Shown: positions 9,285 to 19,710 of the stretch, in pieces
Numbering within the stretch: the first letter of the stretch is position 1
How the letters are laid out: every line of letters starts with the position of its first letter
Origin: an uncultured Clostridia bacterium
GTDB taxonomy: Bacteria > Bacillota > Clostridia > TANB77 > CAG-508
Length of the DNA: 64,000 nucleotides
NCBI GenBank assembly: GCA_934157035.1
Contig: CAKPHG010000001.1
Span: 137,342-201,341, forward strand
Direction: 5' to 3'
Notes under the pieces: model-generated
Seen by the model: only the letters and a program-made list of their open reading frames with translations
The model's database searches: none
Told to the model about the DNA's origin: nothing
Program-made: the position numbers and the translations under genes

Positions 9285-10475
9285 CTAGTTATTATCTAAC
9301 AAACATTCAATTCCTGGTAATTTTTTTCCTTCTAGAAATTCTAGTGATGCTCCACCACCTGTAGAAATATGTGTCATTTTATCAGAAAGTCCCATTTTTT
9401 CTATGGCTGCTGCTGAATCTCCTCCACCTATAATTGTAATAGCATCTTCTTTTTCCGCTAAAGCTTGAGCTATTCTTCTTGTTCCATTTGCAAATTTTTC
9501 ATATTCAGATAATCCTACTGGACCATTCCATATAATTGTTTTTGCACCTTTTAGTTCTTTTTTAAACAATTCTACTGTTTTTGGTCCTATATCCAATCCT
9601 TCCCATCCATCTGGTATTTGATCTGAGTCTATTGCTTTAGCATTTGCATTTGGACTAAATTCATCTGCAATTATGTTATCTATTGGTAAAACTAATTTTA
9701 CATTTTTTTGTTTAGCTTTTTCCATTAAGCTTTTTGCTAATTCTATTTTATCTAATTCACAAATAGAATTTCCTACACTATATCCCATTGATTTAAAGAA
9801 TGTATAAGCCATTCCTCCACCAATTATTAATGTGTCTACCTTTTCTAATAAACTATCTATTACTCCTATTTTATCTGAAACTTTTTTTCCTCCAAGTATT
9901 GCGACAAATGGTCTTTTTGGATTTTCTAAAGTATTTCCTAAAAATTCTAATTCTTTTTCTATTAAAAACCCTGACACAGCTGGTAAAAATTCAGCAATTC
10001 CTGCTGTTGAACTATGTGCTCTATGCGCTGTTCCAAAGGCATCATTTACAAATACTTCTGCCATTGATGCAAATTCTTTTGATAAACTTTCATCGTTTTT
10101 TTCTTCTCTTGCATCAAAACGAACATTTTCTAATAAAACAATTTCTCCTTCTTTAACATTAGCTGTTAATTCTTTTGCTGAAGGTCCAACTACATCCTCT
10201 GCTAATTTTACTTCTTTACCTAATAATTTTGACAATTCTTTTGCCACTGGTTTTAATGAAAATTCTGGATTAAATTCTCCCTTTGGTCTTCCTAAGTGAG
10301 AAGCAAGTATTATTTTACAATTTTGCTCTAATAAATAATTTATAGTAGGAAGCGCAGCTACAATTCTTCTATTATCTGTAATGTTCCCATTTTCATCCAA
10401 TGGTACATTAAAATCACATCTAACAAATACTTTTTTACCTTTTAAATCTATATCTCTTACCGTTTTTTTATTCAT
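9285..10475 (-). CDS. pgk: Phosphoglycerate kinase
   Basis: It is 396 aa with the typical PGK sequence ([24 protein letters not shown]). Confidence 0.92.
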   Translation of the reverse strand: MNKKTVRDIDLKGKKVFVRCDFNVPLDENGNITDNRRIVAALPTINYLLEQNCKIILASHLGRPKGEFNPEFSLKPVAKELSKLLGKEVKLAEDVVGPSAKELTANVKEGEIVLLENVRFDAREEKNDESLSKEFASMAEVFVNDAFGTAHRAHSSTAGIAEFLPAVSGFLIEKELEFLGNTLENPKRPFVAILGGKKVSDKIGVIDSLLEKVDTLIIGGGMAYTFFKSMGYSVGNSICELDKIELAKSLMEKAKQKNVKLVLPIDNIIADEFSPNANAKAIDSDQIPDGWEGLDIGPKTVELFKKELKGAKTIIWNGPVGLSEYEKFANGTRRIAQALAEKEDAITIIGGGDSAAAIEKMGLSDKMTHISTGGGASLEFLEGKKLPGIECLLDNN

Positions 10476-10602
10476 AAATTACCTCCATTATTTAAAATTA
10501 CATATAAGAAATTTATATTATTAATAAGTTTTTTATATCTAATTTTATTAAAGTTTGGAAGCTGAACTTTTAATTGTTCAACTTCCTACCTTATTTTATA
10601 TT

Positions 10603-11690
<1,088 letters not shown>

Positions 11691-11750
11691 TTTGTTTTCA
11701 AGTATTTCTTTCTATTCTTTTTAAGTTTTTTATTTTTTTTTAACATTTTC

Positions 11751-11779
11751 TTGACTTATGTAAAGTTGTGTGTTATACT
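11751..11779 (+). promoter_or_regulatory. Strong sigma-A-type promoter (TTGACT-17-TATACT), divergent from gap
   Basis: TTGACT is at 11751-11756, there is a 17-nt spacer, and TATACT is at 11774-11779. Confidence 0.55.
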
Positions 11780-11786
11780 TAAGTAT

Positions 11787-12157
11787 ATAAGTTGCCAAGA
11801 GCACTTATTCGTAACTTGTGTCAGTACTATTTAGTATTGATGTGTAAACCAATATTTCAACCTTTTAAAGGAGGGCAATTAATGACAAGAGGACATCCTA
11901 CAACCACATTTAATAATAATATTAAAAAAATGTGATCGGCAGCATCCGGCGCCCAGTTAAGGGCGGAAATCATTGGAGGTAAACCAAAATGAAAAAAATT
12001 TTACGGTTTCCTAGTGGTTTTGTTTAGCTTTTAAGTTAAACAAACAATCTTAAGAAGATCTGAATGTTACCAGCAGTAATTTGTTGGACAGGCTTACACA
12101 AAAATAATATCAGAAAGCGGCGCCATATAAAATGGCGCCGTTATTCTTTTGCTTTTT
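11787..12157 (+). ncRNA. Candidate small RNA or micro-ORF transcript of about 370 nt, unannotated. It contains two SD-preceded micro-ORFs: 11882-11935 (MTRGHPTTTFNNNIKKM) and 11989-12027 (MKKILRFPSGFV).
   Basis: It is bounded by the promoter at 11751-11779 and a GC-rich intrinsic terminator at 12117-12157 (GCGGCGCCAT-ATAAA-ATGGCGCCG followed by a T-tract). There are GC-rich islands (CCGGCGCCC, GGGCGG) in an otherwise AT-rich region. No protein gene of 60 aa or more is present. Confidence 0.4.
12117..12157 (+). terminator. Rho-independent terminator. It is strong on the + strand and may also serve addA on the - strand.
   Basis: There is a 9-10 bp GC stem with loop ATAAAA, followed by TTATTCTTTTGCTTTTT. 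Confidence 0.6.
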
Positions 12158-12204
12158 ATATTATAAATTATTATTAAACAATGTTTAATAATTGTGATAA
12201 GTTC

Positions 12205-15200
12205 CTATATGTTACATTCTACTTCTCCAATCCATGTTGAATATATAAGTACTTTATTTACTTTTCTTTCTAGTGAATTTTCTAATGCTTCTTTATATAA
12301 ATTTAATTGTTCTTTATATTTATCTATAAGCTTTTGTTCTTCACCTTTTTGTACATAATCAGTCTTATAATCTACCAATACTAATTCATTATCTTTATTT
12401 ATATAATACAAATCTATAATACCTTGCACTAAAATATTATCTTTTTTTGAATATTCCTTGTCTAATCTATCTGCTGTGACATTCATATAAAAAGGTTTTT
12501 CTTTATATATTTGTTTTGCTGTTTTTAAATCTTTCCATAAATCTGACTTTAGATATTTATTCAATGCTGTTATAGATATTGCTTCAGCTTCCTTTTCTAG
12601 TATTATTTCTCTTTCTACTAGTTCTTTTATCATCCTCTTTATATCTTCTTCATTGTATTCTTTACTGCTATCTAATTTTTGAAGGCACAAATGCATTAGA
12701 GTACCTTTTCTACTACTTGAAACATTACCTTCTTTTGTTGCAAAATTTGGTTTTCTAAATTCGGAACTTAATTGTTTTTTACTAATTAATTCTTCTATAT
12801 CAAAAATATTTTCTTCTTGTTTTTGCTCTTTTATTTTGCTTACAGATGTTTTCGTTGGTATTTTACATGAACTTTCAAACTCATACCCCCACTCTAACTC
12901 TTTTTGTAATTTTTCTAATTCTTCTTTGTCTATTTTTATTTTTTCTTGCTTTTCTTCAATTTTTTCTTCCTTTTCCTCAATTTCTTGAGTTTCATCAATT
13001 TTATGTATTTGTAAATTCATTATATTTTCATTTGCAATAAGTAAAATGAACCATTCTAAATATGACATATATTTTTTTACTACTGTATATTCTAATTTTT
13101 GCTTATTATATTGATTATACAATGAAAGAGTATCCTTTTTATCTTGTAAAGACTTTTGAAAATCTTTGCTTACACCTGTTATAATTAATTTTTCCTTTGC
13201 TCTTGTAAGTGCAACATATAAAACTCTCATTTCTTCCGAAATAAGTTCATTTTCTAATCTTATCTTTATAGCTTCTTTCGCTAAAGTCGGAAATTCTATT
13301 TTATTTTTTACATCTATATACTTAGGACCAAATCCTAAATCTTGATGTAATAAAACTAAATCATTTAAATCCTGCTTATTAAATTGTTTACCTGTATTAC
13401 ACAAAAACACAACTGGAAATTCTAGGCCCTTACTTTTATGAATACTCATAATTCTTATTACATTATCATTTTCACCGACTATTCTTGCTGCTGATAAATC
13501 TTTACTACTTATTTTTAGTCTGTTTAAAAAATTAATAAAATTATACAATCCTTTAAAACTAGCCGTTTCATATTGTTTTGCTCTTTCAAAAAGCATTTTC
13601 AAGTTAGCTTGTCTTAAATTTCCATTTGAAAGCAAACCTACATAATTATAATAATTACTTTCTTGATATATTTGCCAAATTAGTTCATCTAAAGGCTTTT
13701 CTTTTTCTAGTATTCTCCAATTTTCTATTTTGTTTATAAACTTTTCTATCTTTTTTCTTAATGTTTCTTCTACTGTTGTTCTAGCCTTTAAAAAAGCTTC
13801 ATAAAAAGAACAATTTCTATCTACTAAACGTATTTTTACTAATTCATTATCTGTAAAGTTTCCAAATGGAGACCTTAAAGTCGCAACAAATGGTATATCT
13901 AACATAGGGTTGTCTATAACTTTTAATAAAGATATTATCGTTTGTATTTCTAATGTCTCTAAATATTCTGATGAAGTATCACAAAAAACCGGAAATCCTT
14001 TACTAATTAACTCTTTTTCATATATAGGTGCATTATTTGCAGTTGAACGAAGTAATATTGCTATATCCTTATATTGTATTTTTCTCATTTCATTATTCTT
14101 TGAATCATATACCTCATATCCCTCTTTTATAAGTTCTTCTATTCTATTTGCCACTATTTTGGCTTCTTCTACATTTTTTTCTATTACTTCATTTGAAGTA
14201 ACATTTTCTTCTTGCTCATCACTTTCCGTTTTCCATATTGATGTATCTTCCTTCAAATCTAATATATGTAATTCTGGTTGTATTTTTTCAGTTTTAGGAT
14301 AGTTTGCTCCTAAATTTAAATATTCTTCTTCGTTATAATTAACATCACCTAATCTTTCACTCATTATTTTAGAAAAACAAAAATTAGTTATATTTAAAAT
14401 TTCTTCTCTACTTCTAAAATTTTTGAATAATTGTATTTTTCTGCCATACTGCTGTTCTTTTGTCTCTATTTCATTTTCTTCTATTTTTTTATAATTTCTA
14501 TATTTTTCTAAAAATAACTCCGGCATTGCTTGCCTAAATCTATATATACTCTGCTTTATATCTCCAACCATAAATATATTGTTTCCTTTTGAAACACTAT
14601 TTAAAATATATTCTTGAATCAAATTACTATCTTGATATTCATCTATTGCAATTTCTATAAATTTTTCCTGCAATTTTTTAGCCACTTGTGTTGGTACAAC
14701 TTTTCCTTCTTCATCTTGTTTTACCAAAATACTTAATGCTAAATGTTCTATATCATGAAAATCTATACGATTTTTTTCTCTTTTCTTTTTGTTAAATCTT
14801 TCTTCAAATTCTAATATAATATCTTTCAAGTTATTCAATATAGTATACATGTTATTTATTACTTCATTTGCTTGTTTTGAAGTATAAATCATACTTTTAT
14901 CTATTATATTATTTATATCTTTCTTTACTTTATCTCTTATGTTTTTTGCCTCATCTTTATAAAATATTTCTATTTTTTTGTTTATTGGCCAAGTATCAAA
15001 TTTTAAGTTTGCAATCTCTGCATAAACTTTATCCCAAGTATCCTCACTTTCATTTAATAAAATTTTTCTTATTCGTTCTATTTTTTCTTTATCTTTTTGT
15101 ATTGTTATTACATACTTTTCTAATTCTTCATATTTCTTTAAATTATTTTCTACTTTTTCTAATCTTAAATATGCTTCTTCAAATTCTTCTGATAATTGAT

Positions 15201-15856
15201 TTAATATAATTTTTCCCCATACTGTTTTTGAAAAATCTTCATCCATTTTTTCACTTAAATCAAACATTTTTGTTTTCTCTTCTAGCCAATTTTTTGGAAA
15301 TGGATTACTCTGAATTTGATTTTCTATTTTTAATATTAGTTCTTTTAAAGGCTCATCTCCTTTATAAGTTGCATATATATCAATTAACTCTAAAAAACCT
15401 TTATCTTTTTCTATATATTTTTCTTCAAAAAGATCATCTAATACTTCCTGTTTTAGAAGTTCCATTTCTGCCGAATCACCTATTTGAAAATTTGCTGACA
15501 TATCAATTTCATAAAAATAATTTCTAATTATATCTAAGCAAAAAGAGTGTATTGTACATATACTTGCTTTGTTCAATAACGTTATTTGTTTTTGTAAATG
15601 AGTATTATTTGGATTTTCTTCTATTTTTTTATAGATAGCATTTAATATTCTTTCTCGCATTTCTGAAGCTGCAGCATTTGTAAATGTTACAACTAATATT
15701 TTATCTATATCTACATTTTCATCTATTATTTTATGTATTATTCTTTCTACCAAAACTGCCGTTTTTCCGCTTCCGTGCAGCAGCTGCAACTAGCAAATTT
15801 GTACCTTTTTCATTTATTGCTTGAGTTTGTTCTTTAGTCCAATTTACGCTTGACAT
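12205..15856 (-). pseudogene. addA: ATP-dependent helicase/nuclease subunit A (AddA/RexA), interrupted by a +1 frameshift in the Walker A motif. The true N-terminus, MSSVNWTKEQTQAINEKGTNLLVAAAA, is in another frame (15856..~15775).
   Basis: It has a UvrD-like helicase plus a C-terminal PD-(D/E)xK nuclease (LVDYKTD). An N-terminal 27-aa ORF starts at ATG 15856 with RBS GGAGAA. An extra C, at plus-strand position about 15777 in GCA-C-GGA-AGC-GGA-AAA-ACG, breaks AAAGSGKT. Confidence 0.8.
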
Positions 15857-16003
15857 ATTTTTCTCCTTACATTTTTTCATATTTTATAATATTTAAAAGA
15901 ATTTTTCAACTGCTATTTACTCTTATATTATTTTGAAATAAAAATTGTCAAAAGGACACTCCTTAGTGAAAACTTTATTTCACTAAAGAGCATCCCTTTG
16001 ATA

Positions 16004-16801
16004 CTATTTTATAAAAATTTCTGGATTTAAGTATTCATCATTTTTAGTTATTTCAAAATGAAGATGTGGCTCATCTGCAATTTCAAATGTTGCTGTTGTT
16101 CCAACTGTTGCTATTGTTTGTCCTTTCTTTACTGTTTCTCCTTCTTTTACAAACTCTGCTGTTAATAAATTTGAATATATACTTTTAAATCCATTATTAT
16201 GCTCTATGACAACCGTTAAGCCATATCTAGGATCATTTTTTATTGATTTTATTGTTCCTTCTGATGAAGCTTTTACTATTGTTGTTTTTGGAGCTATAAT
16301 GTCTATCCCATTATGTGTTATCCATTCTTCAAGTGTATTTGAATATTGCAATGTATCTTTTGAATATTGTTTAGTAATGTTTCCTTCTACTGGTTTTATA
16401 AATGTAGGGTCAGGTAATTTTTCCTCTTTTTTCTCTACTACATTAGAAGTTTGTGTATTTGTATTTTCAGCTGTATTTTCCTTTACCATGTTTGATGTAT
16501 TTATTGCTATTTTGTCTATTTCTAGAACTGCATTTGTTTTACTTTCTTCTTCTACTTCATTTACTTTTTTTCCAATATTTGAACTTGCTTGCGTTGTTCC
16601 TTCTTGATTATTATTTATTAGTTGTGTTATTGCATTGCTCTTTTCTTTTGCTATTTCAGTACTATTTTTTATATAATTATTATAAGAAACAAAAGCTACT
16701 ATAAAGGTAATTACTGTAATAATTAAAACTATAAGAGAAATAATAACAATTTTTTTAGTTTCTCTTTCCTCGTTAAAATTCATCCTATTTCTTCTCCTCA
16801 T
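16004..16801 (-). CDS. M23-family peptidase with an N-terminal membrane anchor (sporulation-associated context)
   Basis: It has a C-terminal LytM/M23 domain (HNGIDI...HLHFE). It lies next to spoIID. Confidence 0.65.
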   Translation of the reverse strand: MRRRNRMNFNEERETKKIVIISLIVLIITVITFIVAFVSYNNYIKNSTEIAKEKSNAITQLINNNQEGTTQASSNIGKKVNEVEEESKTNAVLEIDKIAINTSNMVKENTAENTNTQTSNVVEKKEEKLPDPTFIKPVEGNITKQYSKDTLQYSNTLEEWITHNGIDIIAPKTTIVKASSEGTIKSIKNDPRYGLTVVIEHNNGFKSIYSNLLTAEFVKEGETVKKGQTIATVGTTATFEIADEPHLHFEITKNDEYLNPEIFIK

Positions 16802-16869
16802 ACATTTTCCTCCTTATTTTTTCTTTAGTTAAATTATTTCCTTAGTTTACCTTTTTATACATTTTTATT

Positions 16870-17868
16870 CTATAAGCTTTCTATTTCTACTCCTGTATAA
16901 AAATGTTTTATTATTTCTTCACAGCTACTTCCTTGTTTTGCCATACTATCTGCTCCAGTTTGACTCATTCCTACACCATGACCATACCCTATTACAGAAA
17001 ACTTTATATTATTTTCTTGTATTTCTATATTAAAGTTTGCTGATCTTAACCCTAAAATTGTTCTTACCTCTACTCCTGAAAGTTCTAAATTTCCTATTTT
17101 TATTTTCTTCACTCTATTACCGTCTGTATACTCTAAAACTTTTATGCAATCTTCTTTTGAAAAGTCTATAACAAAATCTGAATGTTTTTCTCTAAATTTG
17201 CTTATAAACTCTTCTTTTGAAATAGTTAATTCTGAAGCATATTGACTATATGTATCTTCTCCTGCTGTTTCTACTGTTTGCAAATATGGATAACCGCTTC
17301 CTCCCCATACATTAAGTGTTGTTTCTGTTTTACCACCACTATTTGAGTGAAAAAATGCATTAATTGCTTTCCCTTCGTAAGTTACTATTTTTCCACTAGT
17401 ACTATTTACTGCATCTACTATTTTATTCCAATTATTTTCTCTTTCTTCTTCGTTCCATCTTGCCATTCTATTTTCTTTAGAAATCCATGCTTGACAACAT
17501 GCTGAATTATCACATATATCTGCATCTTGATGTTTTCCATTATTGCTTTGCATTTTATATATTGTATATGTTCTTGCTACTATTGCTTGTGCTTTTAATG
17601 CTTCTTTTTCAAAACTAGCCGGCATTTCTGCTGATACAACTCCATACAAATATTCCTCTAATGGTACCTCTTCTACTGTATTTTCTTTTGTATGTAACAA
17701 TTTTATACTCTCATATTTTTTACTACTATTAATTATTTCTTCTTGTTTATTTTCCACATTATTTTCTAATATTGTGGACACTTCTTCACTTGATTTATTT
17801 GTTAAGACTATTGGAATTAAAAAACATATACTTACAAACAATAAAATATATAACAATATTTTTCTCAT
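16870..17868 (-). CDS. spoIID: Stage II sporulation protein D (SpoIID/LytB family)
   Basis: It is 332 aa with a SpoIID domain (AQAIVARTY, FHSNSGG, GHGVGMSQTGA). Confidence 0.8.
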   Translation of the reverse strand: MRKILLYILLFVSICFLIPIVLTNKSSEEVSTILENNVENKQEEIINSSKKYESIKLLHTKENTVEEVPLEEYLYGVVSAEMPASFEKEALKAQAIVARTYTIYKMQSNNGKHQDADICDNSACCQAWISKENRMARWNEEERENNWNKIVDAVNSTSGKIVTYEGKAINAFFHSNSGGKTETTLNVWGGSGYPYLQTVETAGEDTYSQYASELTISKEEFISKFREKHSDFVIDFSKEDCIKVLEYTDGNRVKKIKIGNLELSGVEVRTILGLRSANFNIEIQENNIKFSVIGYGHGVGMSQTGADSMAKQGSSCEEIIKHFYTGVEIESL

Positions 17869-17888
17869 TTTTCTCCTCTTTTATAATT

Positions 17889-18615
17889 TTATATTACGAG
17901 TTTTAGTTTCATTGAATCTAATATCTTCTTTTCTATTCTTGAAACTTGTACTTGGCTAATCCCTAATATTTTTGCAACTTGTGTTTGAGTCTTATTTTTG
18001 TAATATCTTAGTAGAATTATTTGTTTATCTCGTTCATTTAAATTTTCAATTAATTTTTTTAAAGCCAATTTGTTTGTTATATTTTCTGCTTCATCTATTT
18101 TTGTACTTAAAGTATCTAAAAAAGAAATTCCACCTTCTTCATTTGTGTAACTATCTTCGTATATTGAAATAGTTGGTTTTAAAGAATCTAAAGCAAGTGT
18201 TATATCTTCTGTACTTACCTTTAATTCTTTTGCAATTTCCGAAATTGTAATTTCTTTTCCTATAGTGTTTAAGTATTTAGTTTGTATGTCTCTTATTTTT
18301 ATTGCTAACTCCTTTATGCTCCTACTTATTTTTATATTTCCATCATCTCTTATGAATCTTTTAATTTCTCCTAATATATAAGGAACCGCATATGTAGATA
18401 ATTTTACATCGTAAGAACTATCAAATCTTTTTATTGATTTTATAAAACCAATTGTTGCAATTTGATACAAATCTTCTAGTTCATATCCTCTATCTTTAAA
18501 TCTTTTTACTATACTCCAAATAAGACCGTTATTTTCCTCTATCAATTTTGTCATTATATCTTGGTTTCCGATTTTGTGCCTCTATAATATCCTGAATTTT
18601 ATTTTCATATACCAT
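17889..18615 (-). pseudogene. sigF: RNA polymerase sporulation sigma factor sigma-F, interrupted by a +1 frameshift near the N-terminus
   Basis: The frame from ATG 18615 (RBS AGGAG) reads MVYENKIQDIIEAQN. The continuation GNQDIMTKLIEENNGLIWSIVKRF... is in the +1 frame. An extra C, at plus-strand position about 18570 in CAA-AAT-C-GGA-AAC, causes this. The gene sits in the spoIIAA-spoIIAB-sigF operon position. Confidence 0.8.
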
Positions 18616-18658
18616 TTGATGATAACTCCTCTTTCGTATTTATAATTTTTTTAATGCT

Positions 18659-19168
18659 TTAAACATCTTTATTTCCATTGTTTACTATCTTAGTTAAAAC
18701 CTCATTTATATCATCTTCTGAAATATTATCTTTTCTTATTACCTTTTTCATAGTTACTCTTGTTCCTAAATTAACAATTGATTCTACTTTTAATTCATCC
18801 ATAAAACTTTCCATTATTGTAAATCCCATTCCTGAACGTTCCAGATTTGCTTTTGATGTATACAAAGGTTTTCTTGCCTCTTCTACATTTTCTATTCCTT
18901 TTCCAGTATCAGAGATTTCAATACTTATTGAATTATCTAGAATTTTACATTTTACTTTTACTATTCCTTCTGTATCTTCATATCCATGGACAATGGCGTT
19001 TGTAACCGCTTCTGACACAGCTGTTTTTATGTCTGCAAGTTCTTCTACTGTTGGATCTAACTGTGCTGCAAATGCTGCTACACTTATTCTAGCAAAAGCC
19101 TCATTATTAGATTTGCTAATAAATTCTAATTTCATCTCATTTTCATAAATACTTTTCATTTTTTTCAT
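18659..19168 (-). CDS. spoIIAB: Anti-sigma F factor (serine kinase SpoIIAB)
   Basis: It has a HATPase_c domain and an N-terminal region similar to SpoIIAB ([33 protein letters not shown]). The true start is probably an internal Met near 19126-19153. Confidence 0.85.
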   Translation of the reverse strand: MKKMKSIYENEMKLEFISKSNNEAFARISVAAFAAQLDPTVEELADIKTAVSEAVTNAIVHGYEDTEGIVKVKCKILDNSISIEISDTGKGIENVEEARKPLYTSKANLERSGMGFTIMESFMDELKVESIVNLGTRVTMKKVIRKDNISEDDINEVLTKIVNNGNKDV

Positions 19169-19235
19169 CCTTCCTACTAAACTAATAGGGACAGGCCTTT
19201 TTAGTTTAGCTCTATTAGTTTTGTTTTTTTAGAAA

Positions 19236-19541
19236 CTATTCTTCTTTCATTTCACATATTTTTGTTATTCCACTCATTTCGAATATCTTTTTTAGCATAG
19301 GAGAAATATTTATTAATTCTAAACTTCCGCCTATCATTTTAATAACCTTATATCTACCTAAAACCATTCCTATTCCTGCACTATCCATAAACTCAACACT
19401 ACTAAAATCAAGTATAACTTTTCTTGGCATATATCTAATAATTTCATCATCAATCTTCCTCCTAATCTTTTCTACTATATGATGGTCAATTTCTTCTGTG
19501 ATCTCTATAGTAAGAATTTTTTCTTTATATGTTGCATTCAA
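19236..19541 (-). CDS. spoIIAA: Anti-sigma F factor antagonist (STAS domain)
   Basis: It is 101 aa with a STAS domain and the conserved phospho-Ser motif DSAGIGMV. Confidence 0.85.
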   Translation of the reverse strand: MNATYKEKILTIEITEEIDHHIVEKIRRKIDDEIIRYMPRKVILDFSSVEFMDSAGIGMVLGRYKVIKMIGGSLELINISPMLKKIFEMSGITKICEMKEE

Positions 19542-19710
19542 AATATCCCCTCCTTTTTTTATATGCTTGTCCGATTATACTTTATTTTCCATATTTTTCC
19601 AATAGCAAATTGTAAGAAGTTTTGCCGATTTTTAAGAAATTTTCGACATTATTTTTGCTATTTTTCATAAAAAAGAATGTTAGAGCATATTACTCTAACA
19701 TTCTTTTTTA

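Noticed and set aside
11881-11935. Threonine-attenuator-type leader peptide (MTRGHPTTTFNNNIKKM)
   Set aside because: It has three consecutive Thr codons and three Asn codons, but there is no downstream biosynthetic gene on the plus strand. It is retained only as a micro-ORF within the candidate sRNA.
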